A stretch of DNA of 64,000 nucleotides, taken from positions 365,073 to 429,072 of the forward strand of contig NW_018408893.1 in NCBI RefSeq assembly GCF_002113885.1. Reading direction: 5' to 3'. The notes beneath the pieces are model-generated. The model saw nothing but the letters and a program-made list of their open reading frames with translations, did no database searches and had not been told where the DNA came from. Positions 51,701 to 64,000 of the stretch are shown in pieces; positions within the stretch are counted from its first letter, which is position 1; every line of letters starts with the position of its first letter. Origin of the DNA: Mizuhopecten yessoensis. Its lineage: Eukaryota. A program made the translations under genes and the position numbers.

Positions 51701-52307
51701 GACATAAAACCACTAACTAACAATCTATAAAACTTTGTGCTATTCAATTATTAATTTGTTGTGTGATCATCAGAATATGTTATTATTTTATATAAAATCG
51801 TTTATATATAATTTATATATATATAAGTTATGTATTGTCATATTAGATTTGGTTTTTTTTACGTTTTCTAATAGAATGTTTCTAGTGCTAATTCAGATAA
51901 TTTGTGTTGAATCTTTTTTTTCTTCATTCTGCTTCAAACATTGTTTCAAACAAAGGGTGTACATGGAACAACAGTCAGTATGGTTAAATGATAATTTGTC
52001 TCACAAGAAATGAGTGGGCTTATTAACAAACACTGTCTATTACTATTGTATAGTAATACACAATTTCTACCATAGCATGTTGATGTTATTGTAAGTGTCA
52101 GAGCATATGCACTTTTAACACATATGGAAAGCATTTTCATTAGTTGAAAAATAACTTCATAATGCTTTGCAATGCTTATCTCATAAGAAATTTCACTGTG
52201 ACATCATGATTCAAAGAAATTAATTACGGTATTGTAAATGGCGCCTCATTTTAATGTATTATTTTTACCATGACAGAAACATGTTATAGTGTGTTCACAG
52301 TGTTTAA

Positions 52308-52390
52308 CTCATTCACCCCTGAAGACACATTTGAACTCCTCCAATTCAAAGGTTGGAATAGTCCATTATGGAATTTCAGGGGTGAATGAG
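52308..52390. mobile_element. 83-bp piggyBac-like MITE
   Basis: TTAA-ctcattcacccctgaa ... ttcaggggtgaatgag-TTAA; perfect 16-bp TIR. Confidence 0.85.
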
Positions 52391-55009
52391 TTAAAAGAGC
52401 GTATAACAATCTTTTCTTTTCACAAATGTATAAGTTTGTGTTTATTGACCTTTGGATTGTGTCTTCATGTCTACAGTGCCACTGATCCGATTTTGATCTG
52501 ATTTGTTAATTTAAAATATTTAAACTTAGGATTGTGTTGTGCAGGTTTTGATGACTTTAAATCATATGTAAATATCCTAACGTCTTTACTTCACATTTGA
52601 TGTTTATATGGCTTATTATATTGACAATCATAAAATACGCAAGTGTCCAATCTTTATAATCTAGCTATATAATTAGTATAGTCCCTCATAAAAAAGTGGG
52701 TTTATGATATTCATTTCCTCTGTAATTACATCTGCTTGCATGCCTGTTCATTTGTCCATCATACTTGATTCCTGGGAATAGATCTATTGAATTGTTTTCA
52801 TACAGGTTGACCAAACCTGTGCTGTTACATCTTGGCATGAAAGTGTGTCTTGCACTAAACACATACTTTCTTCTCCACCAAGTATCATACAAATAGGACA
52901 TGGTTTAAGTTAAGTTCTTCACATTTTCATGTGGCCTTGTGAAACTTCATTTGCTGTAACATCTATAGCTTCACAGATGTCCAACATTTGAACTAGGTCA
53001 CAGTGACCTAATTTTCTGCTCCACTGAGCATGGAGGTTCATCAAACTTGATGTAGTCTTATACCTGAACTATTGGGGATTTTGTACTGTGCCTATCTATA
53101 TCATGGTGTTCTGTATTTTCCACTTTTTTTAAAAGGGAAAGAACTTTTCTAGGCTACTTGGCATTCTCAGGGGTTACCATACTCTTTATGCTCTTACATC
53201 AATAGGTCACTACATATTTCATAACACAGCTAGGTCAAAAGGACCTATGCAAGACTGTTCTGTTCATTTGTGTAAAATAAGAACGGAGAAGTAGAAAGCA
53301 GGGGTGGGGTATCTGTTGAGTTTTGCTTAGAAATACATTTTTTTTTATACATTTTCATGTGTACTTTTGATGGTCTGATATTTTTTCTCTTAACTAGGTT
53401 TTGTATAGACTCCTTATCATTTCAGATTACCCGGTAACTCATGTGCACTAATATAACTTATAGTTATGCTCATTGCCGTTGGTCTGCAGGTTTGTCATTT
53501 CATCCGCTCTTACTATATTTTACATTTATTTGTTGCGATGCATGCTATTTATTTCTCCAGACAGTTGAATATCAGTTCTTGTTCATGCAAGGATAAGTTT
53601 GTCAAAGTAAAATAATTGCTCGCCTAAAAATCATCAACATGCATGGCTTGTGGAATCGATAACCCATTTTTTGATAAGATGTACATGTGGTATCTGCCAC
53701 TAATTACTTATATAATACCTGTGTTTCAATACTCTGTTATATCTTCGTACTTCGCATTAGTCCCAGAAAGCATTCGACCCATATCAAAATGTGCCAGATT
53801 TAGAAAAAATAAAACTACAATACATATACCGCTTGGTATATGAAAAGATGCTAACATTTTTTATGGCATCACCTATCCTGACACAAATCATTAATAGACA
53901 ATGCTACAATCCACACTTATAAAATATATATGTCCTAGCAATTTTTATATTGTTTAAATATACTTGGTGATTTCCCTTTTGTTTCTATCAGTATTATATG
54001 AAATGTCTCTTTTTCTTTACGTCTATTTCATATGGATCACCAAATAATACATGCCTATTATTTAATAAGACACCAGGTGCAAGTTTGTGGAAGGTATTTT
54101 AAAACAATTTCTAAGATTTTTGTTTTTGTTTTTGTATAAACAAGTTCCTGTTTTCTTTCTTAAAAAGCATGCATGACTGATATATTGAGTACACGATGCT
54201 CAGGAAGTCCATATTCAATAATCAAGAATAGGATATCAGTATTTAATAAAATCAGATTCATCATTAAAATGGCGACCGATTATTTGAACCAGCTACTGCT
54301 TTACAGTACATCTGCAGCCTGGATGGATTTATCTTTGTATTGATAACCAAATATAATTTTAAAATGAATAATAACGCTGGTCATTGTCCACCATTTTTCA
54401 ATCTATCGAAATAGATTGTAATCGAACGTGTGATTTGACATTTCATTATCAATTCATTGTAACCATTGATTTTTTTTTTGTTATGTGCATATGCCAATCC
54501 TCAACAGAAAAATGTAATAAAAGTATTTTATGAGTAATGTGGTTTGCAGGAATTTGTCGAATTTTGACATTTTTTATATATAGCATGCAATCACAGAGAC
54601 TGAAGTTTAAGGTCAGTAATCAACTAATTAATGATTTCTAGTGATTTATTCATTCATAGTTTAGCTGTTTTAGATCTTATCATTTAAATGTATTTTAGCA
54701 CCGTCATGTGTGCGGGTGAAATAACAAGTAATCCCCTAGTAACGACGTTGAGATATGAAAAGGGCGTCCCCAACATACTGAAGGTTGAACAAGTGTACAG
54801 GGATGGGATCTCCTATAGAAGGTGATAGATTTTAAAAAAATGATATGGCTACATATTCCTAAGTCAGCCGATGAGACAAGTAGTATTTTCTGAGAGTTTG
54901 TCTTTATGACGGGATTTAATTCAAATAAATCATCTGGTGGAAAGGATAGGATGTCAATTTCATATCTTTTTCTGAGGAGTGTTTTATCAAGTTAGATCTC
55001 ATGTTAGTT

Positions 55010-55420
55010 AGATAGTGTTAGTGTTTATCACCAGGTACAGATCCTACTGCGAATGATCAGTAAGATAATTTGACAATGATTAGTATCATAAGATAAGTAA
55101 ATCTTCTGTGAGCGATCAGTATAATAATGTCACAATGTTTATCATCAAATAAGTAATTATACTGTGATAATGTTACAAAGTTTATCATCAGGTACACGTA
55201 ATCATTTCTCCTGTGAGCGATCAGTAAAATAATGTTACAATGTTTATTATCTTAAGATAAGTATTAATCATGTGAGTGATCAGTTATTAGATAATGTTAC
55301 AATGGTAAGTATCTTGGGGTAAGTACATGTAGTTCTCCCATTACGATGTTATTTTTTAATAAGTAATTATCAAGTTAATGGCTATAACTATAATGCAATG
55401 TTTATCATAGGAAAGTTAAT
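55010..55420. repeat. Degenerate ~50-bp minisatellite
   Basis: gatcagtaagataatgttacaatgtttatcat units recur about 7 times. Confidence 0.7.
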
Positions 55421-55539
55421 ATTTCTCCAAGACGATAAAATGTAAATCTCACTAAATCATTTACATTCAAAATAAAAAAGTATTTTTCCCATTACCGTGT
55501 TAACATCTGGTTAGTAATTATCAACTCAATGGCAAGTCA

Positions 55540-55729
55540 TATTCCGTCTTAGCGTATTGCAGAGTTATCTTCTCTTGAGAGCAGGTATTGATTGTTACGT
55601 CATTTGTTTGTGTGAGAAAATTACGTCGTTTTCTCAAAAATTGATGACGTTACTCTCAAAAACATATGACGTAACAATCAATATGTGCTCTCATCAGAAG
55701 ATTACTCTGCAATACGCAAAGACGGAATA
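55540..55729. mobile_element. 190-bp foldback MITE
   Basis: tattccgtctt.gcgtattgcagagt..tattgattgttacgtcat / atgacgtaacaatcaata..actctgcaatacgc.aagacggaata; nearly the whole element is palindromic. Confidence 0.85.
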
Positions 55730-56767
55730 ATGTTACGTTTATCATCGAATTAGTAACACACCAGTCGATGTGTTGTTGTTTTTGGGCCTTTTGTTACATG
55801 TGTATTACTATGTAACTTTTTGATACACGTACACATAGGGCTTCATGTATTGTTGTTATATAAAAACCCTGTTTTTTTCTTGTTTGGTTAGGTTATCTTT
55901 GTAAATATATAGGTTAAAACCTATATGGGAACATTTTGGTTTAAATTTTAATAAAGCAAAAACTAATATATTGATAGCAGTTTGACTTGTGTTTTTTATT
56001 CAAGTTTTATACGGATGTAGTCACGTTATGACGTATGTAGTACATCGATACAGGTTTCCTGCAGACTCATAGAAACTTGAGTATTTCTAATGTAATAGGT
56101 CTTTCTAACCATTATGGAACATTGTTGATTAATAAAGACGAACACTGTAAGCATCAAACAATGATACTTACTATTGAAATGATATAGAATGAGTCACGAG
56201 TGTTGAAATAATATTAATATTTTTTGGGGTCTTAATGTGGACCCATGTTTTACTGTTGCATTTTGGAATTCCCTATTCGCGAACATACGCATGGCCAAAG
56301 TGGTCTTATGCTGTTGTGGGGAGAATATGAAGAGACACGATTGAACAGAAGTATCATTGGTTTGAGTTCAAGGATGCCACGCATACCAAATAAATTTGGG
56401 ATATTTATTATGAAATTATATCCCAAATTGAGTTGGCATTCTACGGACGAATTATGGATTGTCTGGTCTCGCTCATTCTTGCTTACATATATACACGTAG
56501 ATATATAGTTTGTATTTTTGGAGGGAAAAAATAATAACACATCATCCGGTTTTCAAAACGATTGAAAAAGATATCCGAATGACATTGCTTTGGTTGGGGG
56601 AGGGGGATACGAATCTATGTACAATATCCGACGGGCAATCTCAACAATTTCGCGTGTGCAGAAAGAAGAATAAATCGGTAAACAAAGCAGTCCTTCACTG
56701 ACGAAAGGCGTACACTCCCTCCATACATCCCAATGCAAATAAAAAGGACATTCGGAAGGAGAGGACC

Positions 56768-56889
56768 TAGCCCGAGTTTCCTCTGGCCCTTACACTAGAC
56801 TTAAGACATTTTGACAGATAGATTGCACCAGACATCTATTTGTCAAAATGTCTTAAGTCTGGTGTCAGGGCCAGAAAAATCTCGGGCTA
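56768..56889. mobile_element. 122-bp hairpin element, same family as 15526-16144, with a perfect 9-bp TSD
   Basis: gagaggacc-TAGCCCGAGtttcctctggccc...gggccagaaaaatCTCGGGCTA-gagaggacc. Confidence 0.9.
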
Positions 56890-58364
56890 GAGAGGACCGA
56901 GCGATGAGGTTACATGAAGTTGACACAGCATGAAGCCCCACCGCACGATCTGCAGTATTATGTTGGGATACCAAGAATACAAACAGGTAACAACTGGCAG
57001 AAATCTTGGGATTACTTGCGATGACTAAATCCTCATGGAAACAATAATAACCTGCTGCAACTTATAACCGCGTTATATATTTGGAGCTGGTACGGAGGAG
57101 GCCTAAATCAAGAACTACTTAAAAAGTACTTACCTGTAGTCTTCAATCATAAAATAGGACGAAGGACCGTGAATAACTCTCTCGGATGTCATCACTCGAA
57201 AGTGTGGCAAAACCAACCAATTCTTTGATAAAACCTCTTAGACATGTATAATTACTCTCGTTTTTTCACCTCAAATTCAATACCACATCGATGGATCAAT
57301 ATTGTGTCGGAGCCTTTATTTGGCAGAGGTGCTGGCCAAATCTAAAATGATTGAACATGATTTTTCGTGCCACACGTGTGTGACAATTCCATGTTCAAAG
57401 TAACAACCAGTAAGCGAATATAAAACTATTTAATACTCGCAAAGACCTCATTATATTATGATATAAACTTGTATTAACCTTTAGGGATTTCAAAATTCCG
57501 TGTAAACTGATTGTTGGGTAACCAAATGGGGAAAATATTATGTATGTAAACAAACAAAAATGAGTTTCCTTACCCGATCTCCCTCAAACCAGCAGTGAAT
57601 GCCTGTAGTTTATATGACCCAGGCGACTTCAGACTTCAATATTTGCATATCTTTTTTTTATTGCACTGAATTATAGATGATACATTTGAATAGGTAATAC
57701 TGCTGTTCTGGGGGAGTGGTATTAGACGAAAGCTTTAAATATGTAAACCTTCAGATCCAGTGAAGTCGAATCAGAAACCACTCTCATAGCATATCTTTTA
57801 CATTGAAGGATAAAAAACATATCAGAATAATTCTTTTTCTCATTTACAGATAAATATCCAACTGACCATTTAATCAGTTTATCAGACCTTAATTTGCTCC
57901 ACTATAGGAATCTAGAATTGAGCATCCCGACCATTTAAAGTATGATTATCAAGTGTTCCGAGCCTACATGGTAAGACACTGCGGTTATGGGTTAGTACTT
58001 TACCAACTGTATTATTATTTTTATATGTACATATGTTTACTTCATATAGGGGTTTTAGAAAAGCCAATTAGTAAAAGCCATCAAGACATTAGACTTATAA
58101 GCCTAATATTCAAATATCTTCAAAAATACCGATTCATTTTCTGTTTTTGTATTATACCAAAATACTTTATTATATTACGCATGTTTTAATTATTTGATGT
58201 TTGTTTGAAAGTTATGTATTACAGTAATAACTAATGAATATGTATTCTGCCAAAGTAATCGTTCCTCTGGAGAACTACTTAAGGTTAAGATAGTGTTATA
58301 GACAACGATATGCAATAATATAAAAATAATAACATCATCTTAATAGTAAAACTATTATACACTT

Positions 58365-59290
58365 AATTATACTCCCCGCAACGAAGTTAGTGTGGTATAC
58401 ACGAATCCGCTTGTCTGTCCGTCTGTCCATCCGTAGAAAAGGTTTGTCCGGACAACTCCTTCTAAAGTAATGGACCAATTTCAACAAAAAAATCCCAGAT
58501 ATGATAACTACCACCTGAAGTGTTGCATGCAGGTATTACTTTTTTCACTCTGACCCTTGTTTTACAAAGTTTTGTCCCTTTGTTGAAAAATCCTTGTCCG
58601 GACATGCCCTCCAACACCAAGGGGTCAATTGCAACGAAAGTTTTTAGATATGATAACTACTATCTGGTGTTGTGCATACAGGTATTGTATTTTCAATCTG
58701 ACCCCTTTTTTTACGGAGAAATGACCATTTGTTGAAAAAAACTTGTCCAGACAACTCCTCCAAAACTATTGGCGCCAATTTCAACGGAAGTTTATAGATA
58801 TGGTAACTGTCCCCTGACATTGTGCATCCAAGTTGTACGTTTTCATTCCGATCCTTTAAGAGGAGTTAAGACCCTTTGTTGAAAAAAACCTCTGTCTGCC
58901 TCATAAACTACAGGGCCGATTTCAATGAAAATTTACAGATATGGTAATTACCCCCTGATGTCGTGCGTCAGGGTGGTATTCTTTCATTTAGACCATTTTG
59001 AAGGAGTTATGGCCCTTTGTTAAAAATCTTTGTCTTGACAACTCTTTCGTAACTACTAGGACGATTTCAGCAAAACCGGTTCATCTGGACTAACAAAATT
59101 TGGTATGTAAGAATGTTTGGCATTGGGAGGGAGTACAGGAAGCATGTCAGTGACCTATATACTTAAATAATTACCGATGGGTGACTATGGATTGCTTTAC
59201 AATGCTTTGTCTTAGTTAGCCCTTTGCTCAAGTTCTGGTTTATATAGGAGCGGGTGGTATTAGCTAACCTTTGGCTTACAGTTCTAGTTA
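58365..59290 (+). mobile_element. HINE family D with ~150-bp monomers
   Basis: ttatactccccgc start, (GTCT/GTCC)n tract, gacaactc-type motif about every 150 bp, 3' gcgggtggtatt subterminal repeat and a ttctagtt end. Confidence 0.75.
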
Positions 59291-60158
59291 TTATTTAATT
59301 TGCCTATTGCCCATTCACTAATCAAAATATGAAGGAATATTACATGATTTTATATGGTTAACTCTAAACAAATAAAGCAAGGAAAGATATCCTTGTCTGA
59401 CTCCCCATACAAACATTTTATTCTAGCAAATTTGATTTTGTGACCTTGAACGAAGGTCAAAGTCATCAATGTTTACAAAACTTAAATCCATTCATATGCA
59501 CAACCTACTTGCTAAATATCAAGACCCAATGACCTTTGGTCATGAAGAAACACAACTTAAAGGAAAGTGGAAAGAAAGCTATGTTTTTCTTTTTCTTTGA
59601 ATCAATGTGTTATATGATAAATTTACCGGTTGTCAATTTTTTTGAAATTCCTAATTTTGAATGTTATTATAAGTAGCCAACTTTCAAGCAAGTATGAAAA
59701 TTATACTGGTTTTAGAACTATGTAAATTAACGAGTCAAAAAAGAGACCATTTTTTTCTTGAAATAGTGTAATATTTGGTATCAAAATAACAGTTGGAATA
59801 TATTACACACGATGATGATATAGTTTTAATTGGGCCATTTGAATGACTAGGAGGAATTGTATTACCACACCTTTAACACCCACACAGGTGTAAGTCAACT
59901 GAGGTACCATTTGTCATAAAATGAATTCTGAAAATAACTGTTCCTGATTTAAGCTTCCTATACCTATACCTTTTTGTATTTACATTGTTTTGAAATTCCA
60001 AGCGGGGGCCGACGCTAATGTTAAATCTCCATAGGCGTTGACCCTACCTTTAAAATTGGATAGTCAAACGGAATTTGAAGCTTATTATACATATAAGATA
60101 TACACATAAATTCAAGATTTTCGAAAATGTATTTTAGAAATTATTTTTAACACTTTAA

Positions 60159-60417
60159 CGTATTCATGAAACCGTTCTCATGCTCAAGCATGGCTTCTTT
60201 GCTCAAACCAACTTTCTTGTAACTCTCTTAAATCATGTCAAACCATCAAACAAGTAAAATGTTAACATTTAAAACAGCATTCATCCTAAAGTCTCTTCAA
60301 TGTTTTCCCAAAACATTGACAATTTGTTTTTTTGTATTAATTTATATCAAGAAGAAGAAATTCGGCTTGAGTACGGTATCCATGCTCTTGAGCATCATAA
60401 CGGTTTCATGAATGACG
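60159..60417. mobile_element. MITE with ~35-bp imperfect TIRs
   Basis: cgtattcatgaaaccgtt..atgctcaagcatgg / ccatgctcttgagcat..aacggtttcatgaat. Confidence 0.7.
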
Positions 60418-60529
60418 ACCTCCGAACGTTCGTCCTGGTGAGGAAGGCAATAGGTTCTGTTCCTATTGCAGGACAATCAAAATCCTTAAGGTGGGAGTTG
60501 ATATTCCCTGCTAAAAGTTCTTTATTTCG

Positions 60530-60760
60530 GACAATGGAGACAACTGGTTAATCCGTTGTCAGTATAATGTGACTAGGTGGCTGGCTGCCTTCGTCATAGC
60601 ATTTCAGTGAGGTAGCACTAAGGAGTCGGCACCAGACACCAACATACACCCTGTCACCAGCACACATGAACGGATACAATTACATACATGGGTGATGTCC
60701 TTGCACAACATGAGCTGTTTATAGGACATTGAACCATGTCAAACTAAACCAAACAAACGG
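60530..60760 (+). mobile_element. SINE fragment with a Meta-like core domain
   Basis: tgtcagtataatgtgactaggtgg...tttcagtgaggtagcacta core, tail agctgtttataggacattgaa followed by an (AAAC)n-like run. Confidence 0.6.
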
Positions 60761-63700
60761 ACAACTTCTGATAAACAAGATGTTAAACTAATTGACAGTG
60801 GTAGTTCAATTTTCAGCTGAATTTGGACATAAATAAACACAATGTGTCTTAAAACACTCAACTGTTCGTGAATAGCCCTTGATTGTATCTTGAATAAAGG
60901 TACTTCGGTTCTTCAGAAGTCGTTTACTAGGCGATTTCAGAAGTTTGACACTTGTAACCTTGATTATTAATCGAATTAATTTCTGTTTATAATTTGTGTT
61001 GCACACTATGCCAACAAGTTTCAGGCAAATATTATGACACAACGCCTTTCGGTTCTTCTGAGAAAGCTGTATGTTTTTTTTTAGCATATTTATCCCATTT
61101 GACCGATAGTAATATGGGGCAAGGTCGTTTCTTTTCACAGACTTTGTAACACTCCATGCCAGCAATCTGAATCTACTGGCACAGTATCATGACTATGTCT
61201 TGCAGTTCTTCCTCGAGTGTTGAAAACGAATCAACTCCTATAATCTTGATTGTGAAACAATGTTAGTATTAAATATATATCGTAGCACTTCATGTTGGCA
61301 CACTACTTGCCTTATATGTGTATCGGTACTCTAGGAATTCAGTTCTTCAAAAGTAGTGCGACCTCTGTGATCTAGATTAGGAGTGAGGACCAATCGTCAT
61401 GTTGTAAATCACTTTTTATTTATTTGAAATATTAACAAGAGACATGCATACGTGACAAGAATTCTTTATCGAAATCTTATTAACATATTATACAAACATC
61501 TTATTCAATATACAATAAGGTGTATTTTCTCCAAACTTAATACATGTACAAATGAAAATTTGACCGTTTGTCTAGCATGATGTTTCAAAAATACATCATT
61601 ACTTTCAATATAATATGATATCATAATTTAATCTCGTGTTAAATATGTAGGGTATTATGGACGAAAACCATCTAAAATATCCATATTTCACGGAATTGTC
61701 ACAAGGACAAGCACGTTATAAGTTTTAAACTAGCATTTCATGTCAAATAGTGCGATACAGCGAATATGAATTCAAATAACTGGAAAGGGCAAATTTCGAA
61801 AATATGATTTAGGCTGGGGCAAGTTTCAATGTTTACAGATGATTGAAATCATTACTTTAGTTCTTGTTTAAAAAAAAAACAACAAAAAAAACTTCAATAT
61901 CACAGACATTATTATTTAAATTTTCATTGAAATTAGCTATATAGAATAATTAAGCACGATTCCATGTATACTTTTTCAATAAATCCGAACATCTTAGCAA
62001 GCTCCAGTGTTGCCAAATTCAGTAACCATTAGGAAATCAAAAAGATGACATCTAAAAAATCGTCCAAACAGGCATTTAATATGCGTTTATAGTGACATGA
62101 AATGACACTTTAGTAGGATGGCTAATATAAATTTGTTATGTTCTGGCTAAGTCATTCTGGTAAGGTTATTATAATTACTGTATATATTATTTCACTAATA
62201 TGGAGCTATATTGCACAATATTTCGTTTACGATACGCCTAACCCCAACGGTTTTATAAGTGTTTGATATCCAGAAGTATCGCCATACTTTTTTCAATATG
62301 TTGTATTGATTGATACCAAAGCGGCAATAAGGTATACAATTTTGTTTTGCAATGATGAAAGGGTATTTTAGAAATACTTATCTGAAATTTCAACATATAG
62401 GAACCCCTTACAACTCATCGTCATATTAAACCACTGACTATATACTCCTATGAGTAATATGTACTCCATATTTCTATGAACATGTAATAATTTACGTTTT
62501 TTCTTTATATTTTAATGTCTTTATACGAAATAGAAAACCATTGCATACCAATTACTAAAACTAAGAAAAGCGTAAAAAAACCCACATACTTTGAAGTCTG
62601 AATTGACAAACCAGAGTAAAATATGAATTAAGAAAAATTTGCATACATAACTCTGAAAAAGAATAATGGGAATAAGACCAGGTGTTTCTGAAGGGTAACC
62701 ACCCTCCATTACAAATACAAGTATGAAGTCGTATCAGCGGAGAAACCATTTGTAACCCTGGTCTTTAAATAGCATTACATGAACTGCCACATTAAGAGTT
62801 TGTTTTGTCGGATAAAGCTGGTAATCCTACACACAGGTAAACTTTATTGACATTTCCTTAAGATGACTTATCAACCAAACAAAAATCCTTCTAAAATCAA
62901 ACAAGGTTTCGGATACAAAAAAACTTTTTTGTTTTATTCTGGGTCTAAATCCTTCACCGATCCATTCATAACAACAATTTATTGAAGTAGTTAACAATGG
63001 CAAAACTCGTTAGTGACAAACAAACTTTCTAGATTCGGCAGGAGACATCAAGGTGAAAACACTTATCCTTCCGGAGCATCTGGTTCCGCCTCATTTTTTG
63101 GGGGTAAGCATCTCCGATTGCTTTTTCGTATCGATTGTCAGTTCTGTTTTAGTCTCATATATATATATTTTCTATTTTATTTCTTAAGCGTGTTGATCGT
63201 TTTTTGTTTAAAAAAGAAACATTTTGTATTGCTTATTTCTGATGTGTTAAACTTCATATTCTAAAACAAAGTCTAAATAAAACACTTATATATGTCAGCT
63301 GATGTACATTTTGTATGTTTACAATTGCTATTTCACTGCTTTTAAACTGATTACTGTCTTTATTTTCATGAACGACTGATAGCTACAGTGCACGTACACT
63401 TAAATAGGTCGACTCACAATCAAGCACGATATAACATCATTTAAGATAATAGTCCAGATAAGAGGCTCAGCGCGGTATGTTGTGTCTTAAACAAAGATAT
63501 TCATTTTGCTCAGCTTTTTTTTTTTGACATAAGCTCGTCCATTTACTATAGCTAAGAGTCATACAGATTGTTTTTTTATATAATTTTCTTTTTACAGAAA
63601 TGCCTCCATCTCGGGTATTTAACAATTGAAACAGAAGGGAGCTTCTGTTTGTTTTGCGTATATAGGATAAATCAAACAAGAAATAACTTGTCTGGGCCAA

Positions 63701-64000
63701 CAGTCGAACAGTTGGTGGGACTTTACTTATATATGTGCAACCACAGTAAATTTCTATTCTGCAGCTCTAACATGTAATGAAAGAACTGCAGAAAAGATAA
63801 TGCTGATAGCCATTTGAATACCACCGTTTTATGCCACTCTTTCTATATATTATACATTGCTGGTCCTTGATCACACATTTCTAGCATGTAACAATACGTT
63901 ATGTTCTATACAGTACATTTCACCTAATATCACGTCTGTTTATGTCACTTTTCGGTTAGTATCATGTTTTTTTGATGCACCGTTTTTCCTGCTATATAAT

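Noticed and set aside
60806-61165. 119-aa basic ORF with a non-ATG start
   Set aside because: No recognisable domain or exon structure; needs a homology search before any claim.

Overview
AT-rich, intron-containing animal genomic DNA. It is most likely a bivalve mollusc, inferred from its repeat families. Reading splice sites by hand gives four intact housekeeping/metabolic genes and one zinc-finger locus. (1) A tandem C2H2 zinc-finger ORF (-, 6021-6806) is followed by a decayed finger tail. (2) SNRPF/SmF (-, 4 coding exons, 11220-17175) is head-to-head with (3) MED20 (+, 4 exons, 17536-23739). (4) Urocanate hydratase UROC1 (-, 21 exons, 25952-42380, 678 aa) is convergent with MED20 and divergent from (5) a UDP-galactose transporter, SLC35A2-like (+, 3 exons, 44967-49228, 336 aa). 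The rest is densely packed with non-autonomous mobile DNA: about 15 Helentron-associated (HINE/pearl-like) elements or fragments with internal 140-166 bp tandem repeats, several MITE classes with readable TIRs and TSDs, a 5'-truncated LINE with its TSD, SINEs, a tRNA-like head and minisatellites. The most unusual observations are these: TAG...CTA foldback elements stacked serially at one 9-bp target site (15517-16234); a near-perfect 324-bp higher-order repeat inside a HINE in SNRPF intron 1; and a homogenised, effector-less ZF array that varies mainly at DNA-contact residues. I see no clear evidence of a new protein-coding system. Most short ORFs in the track are noise or repeat-derived.
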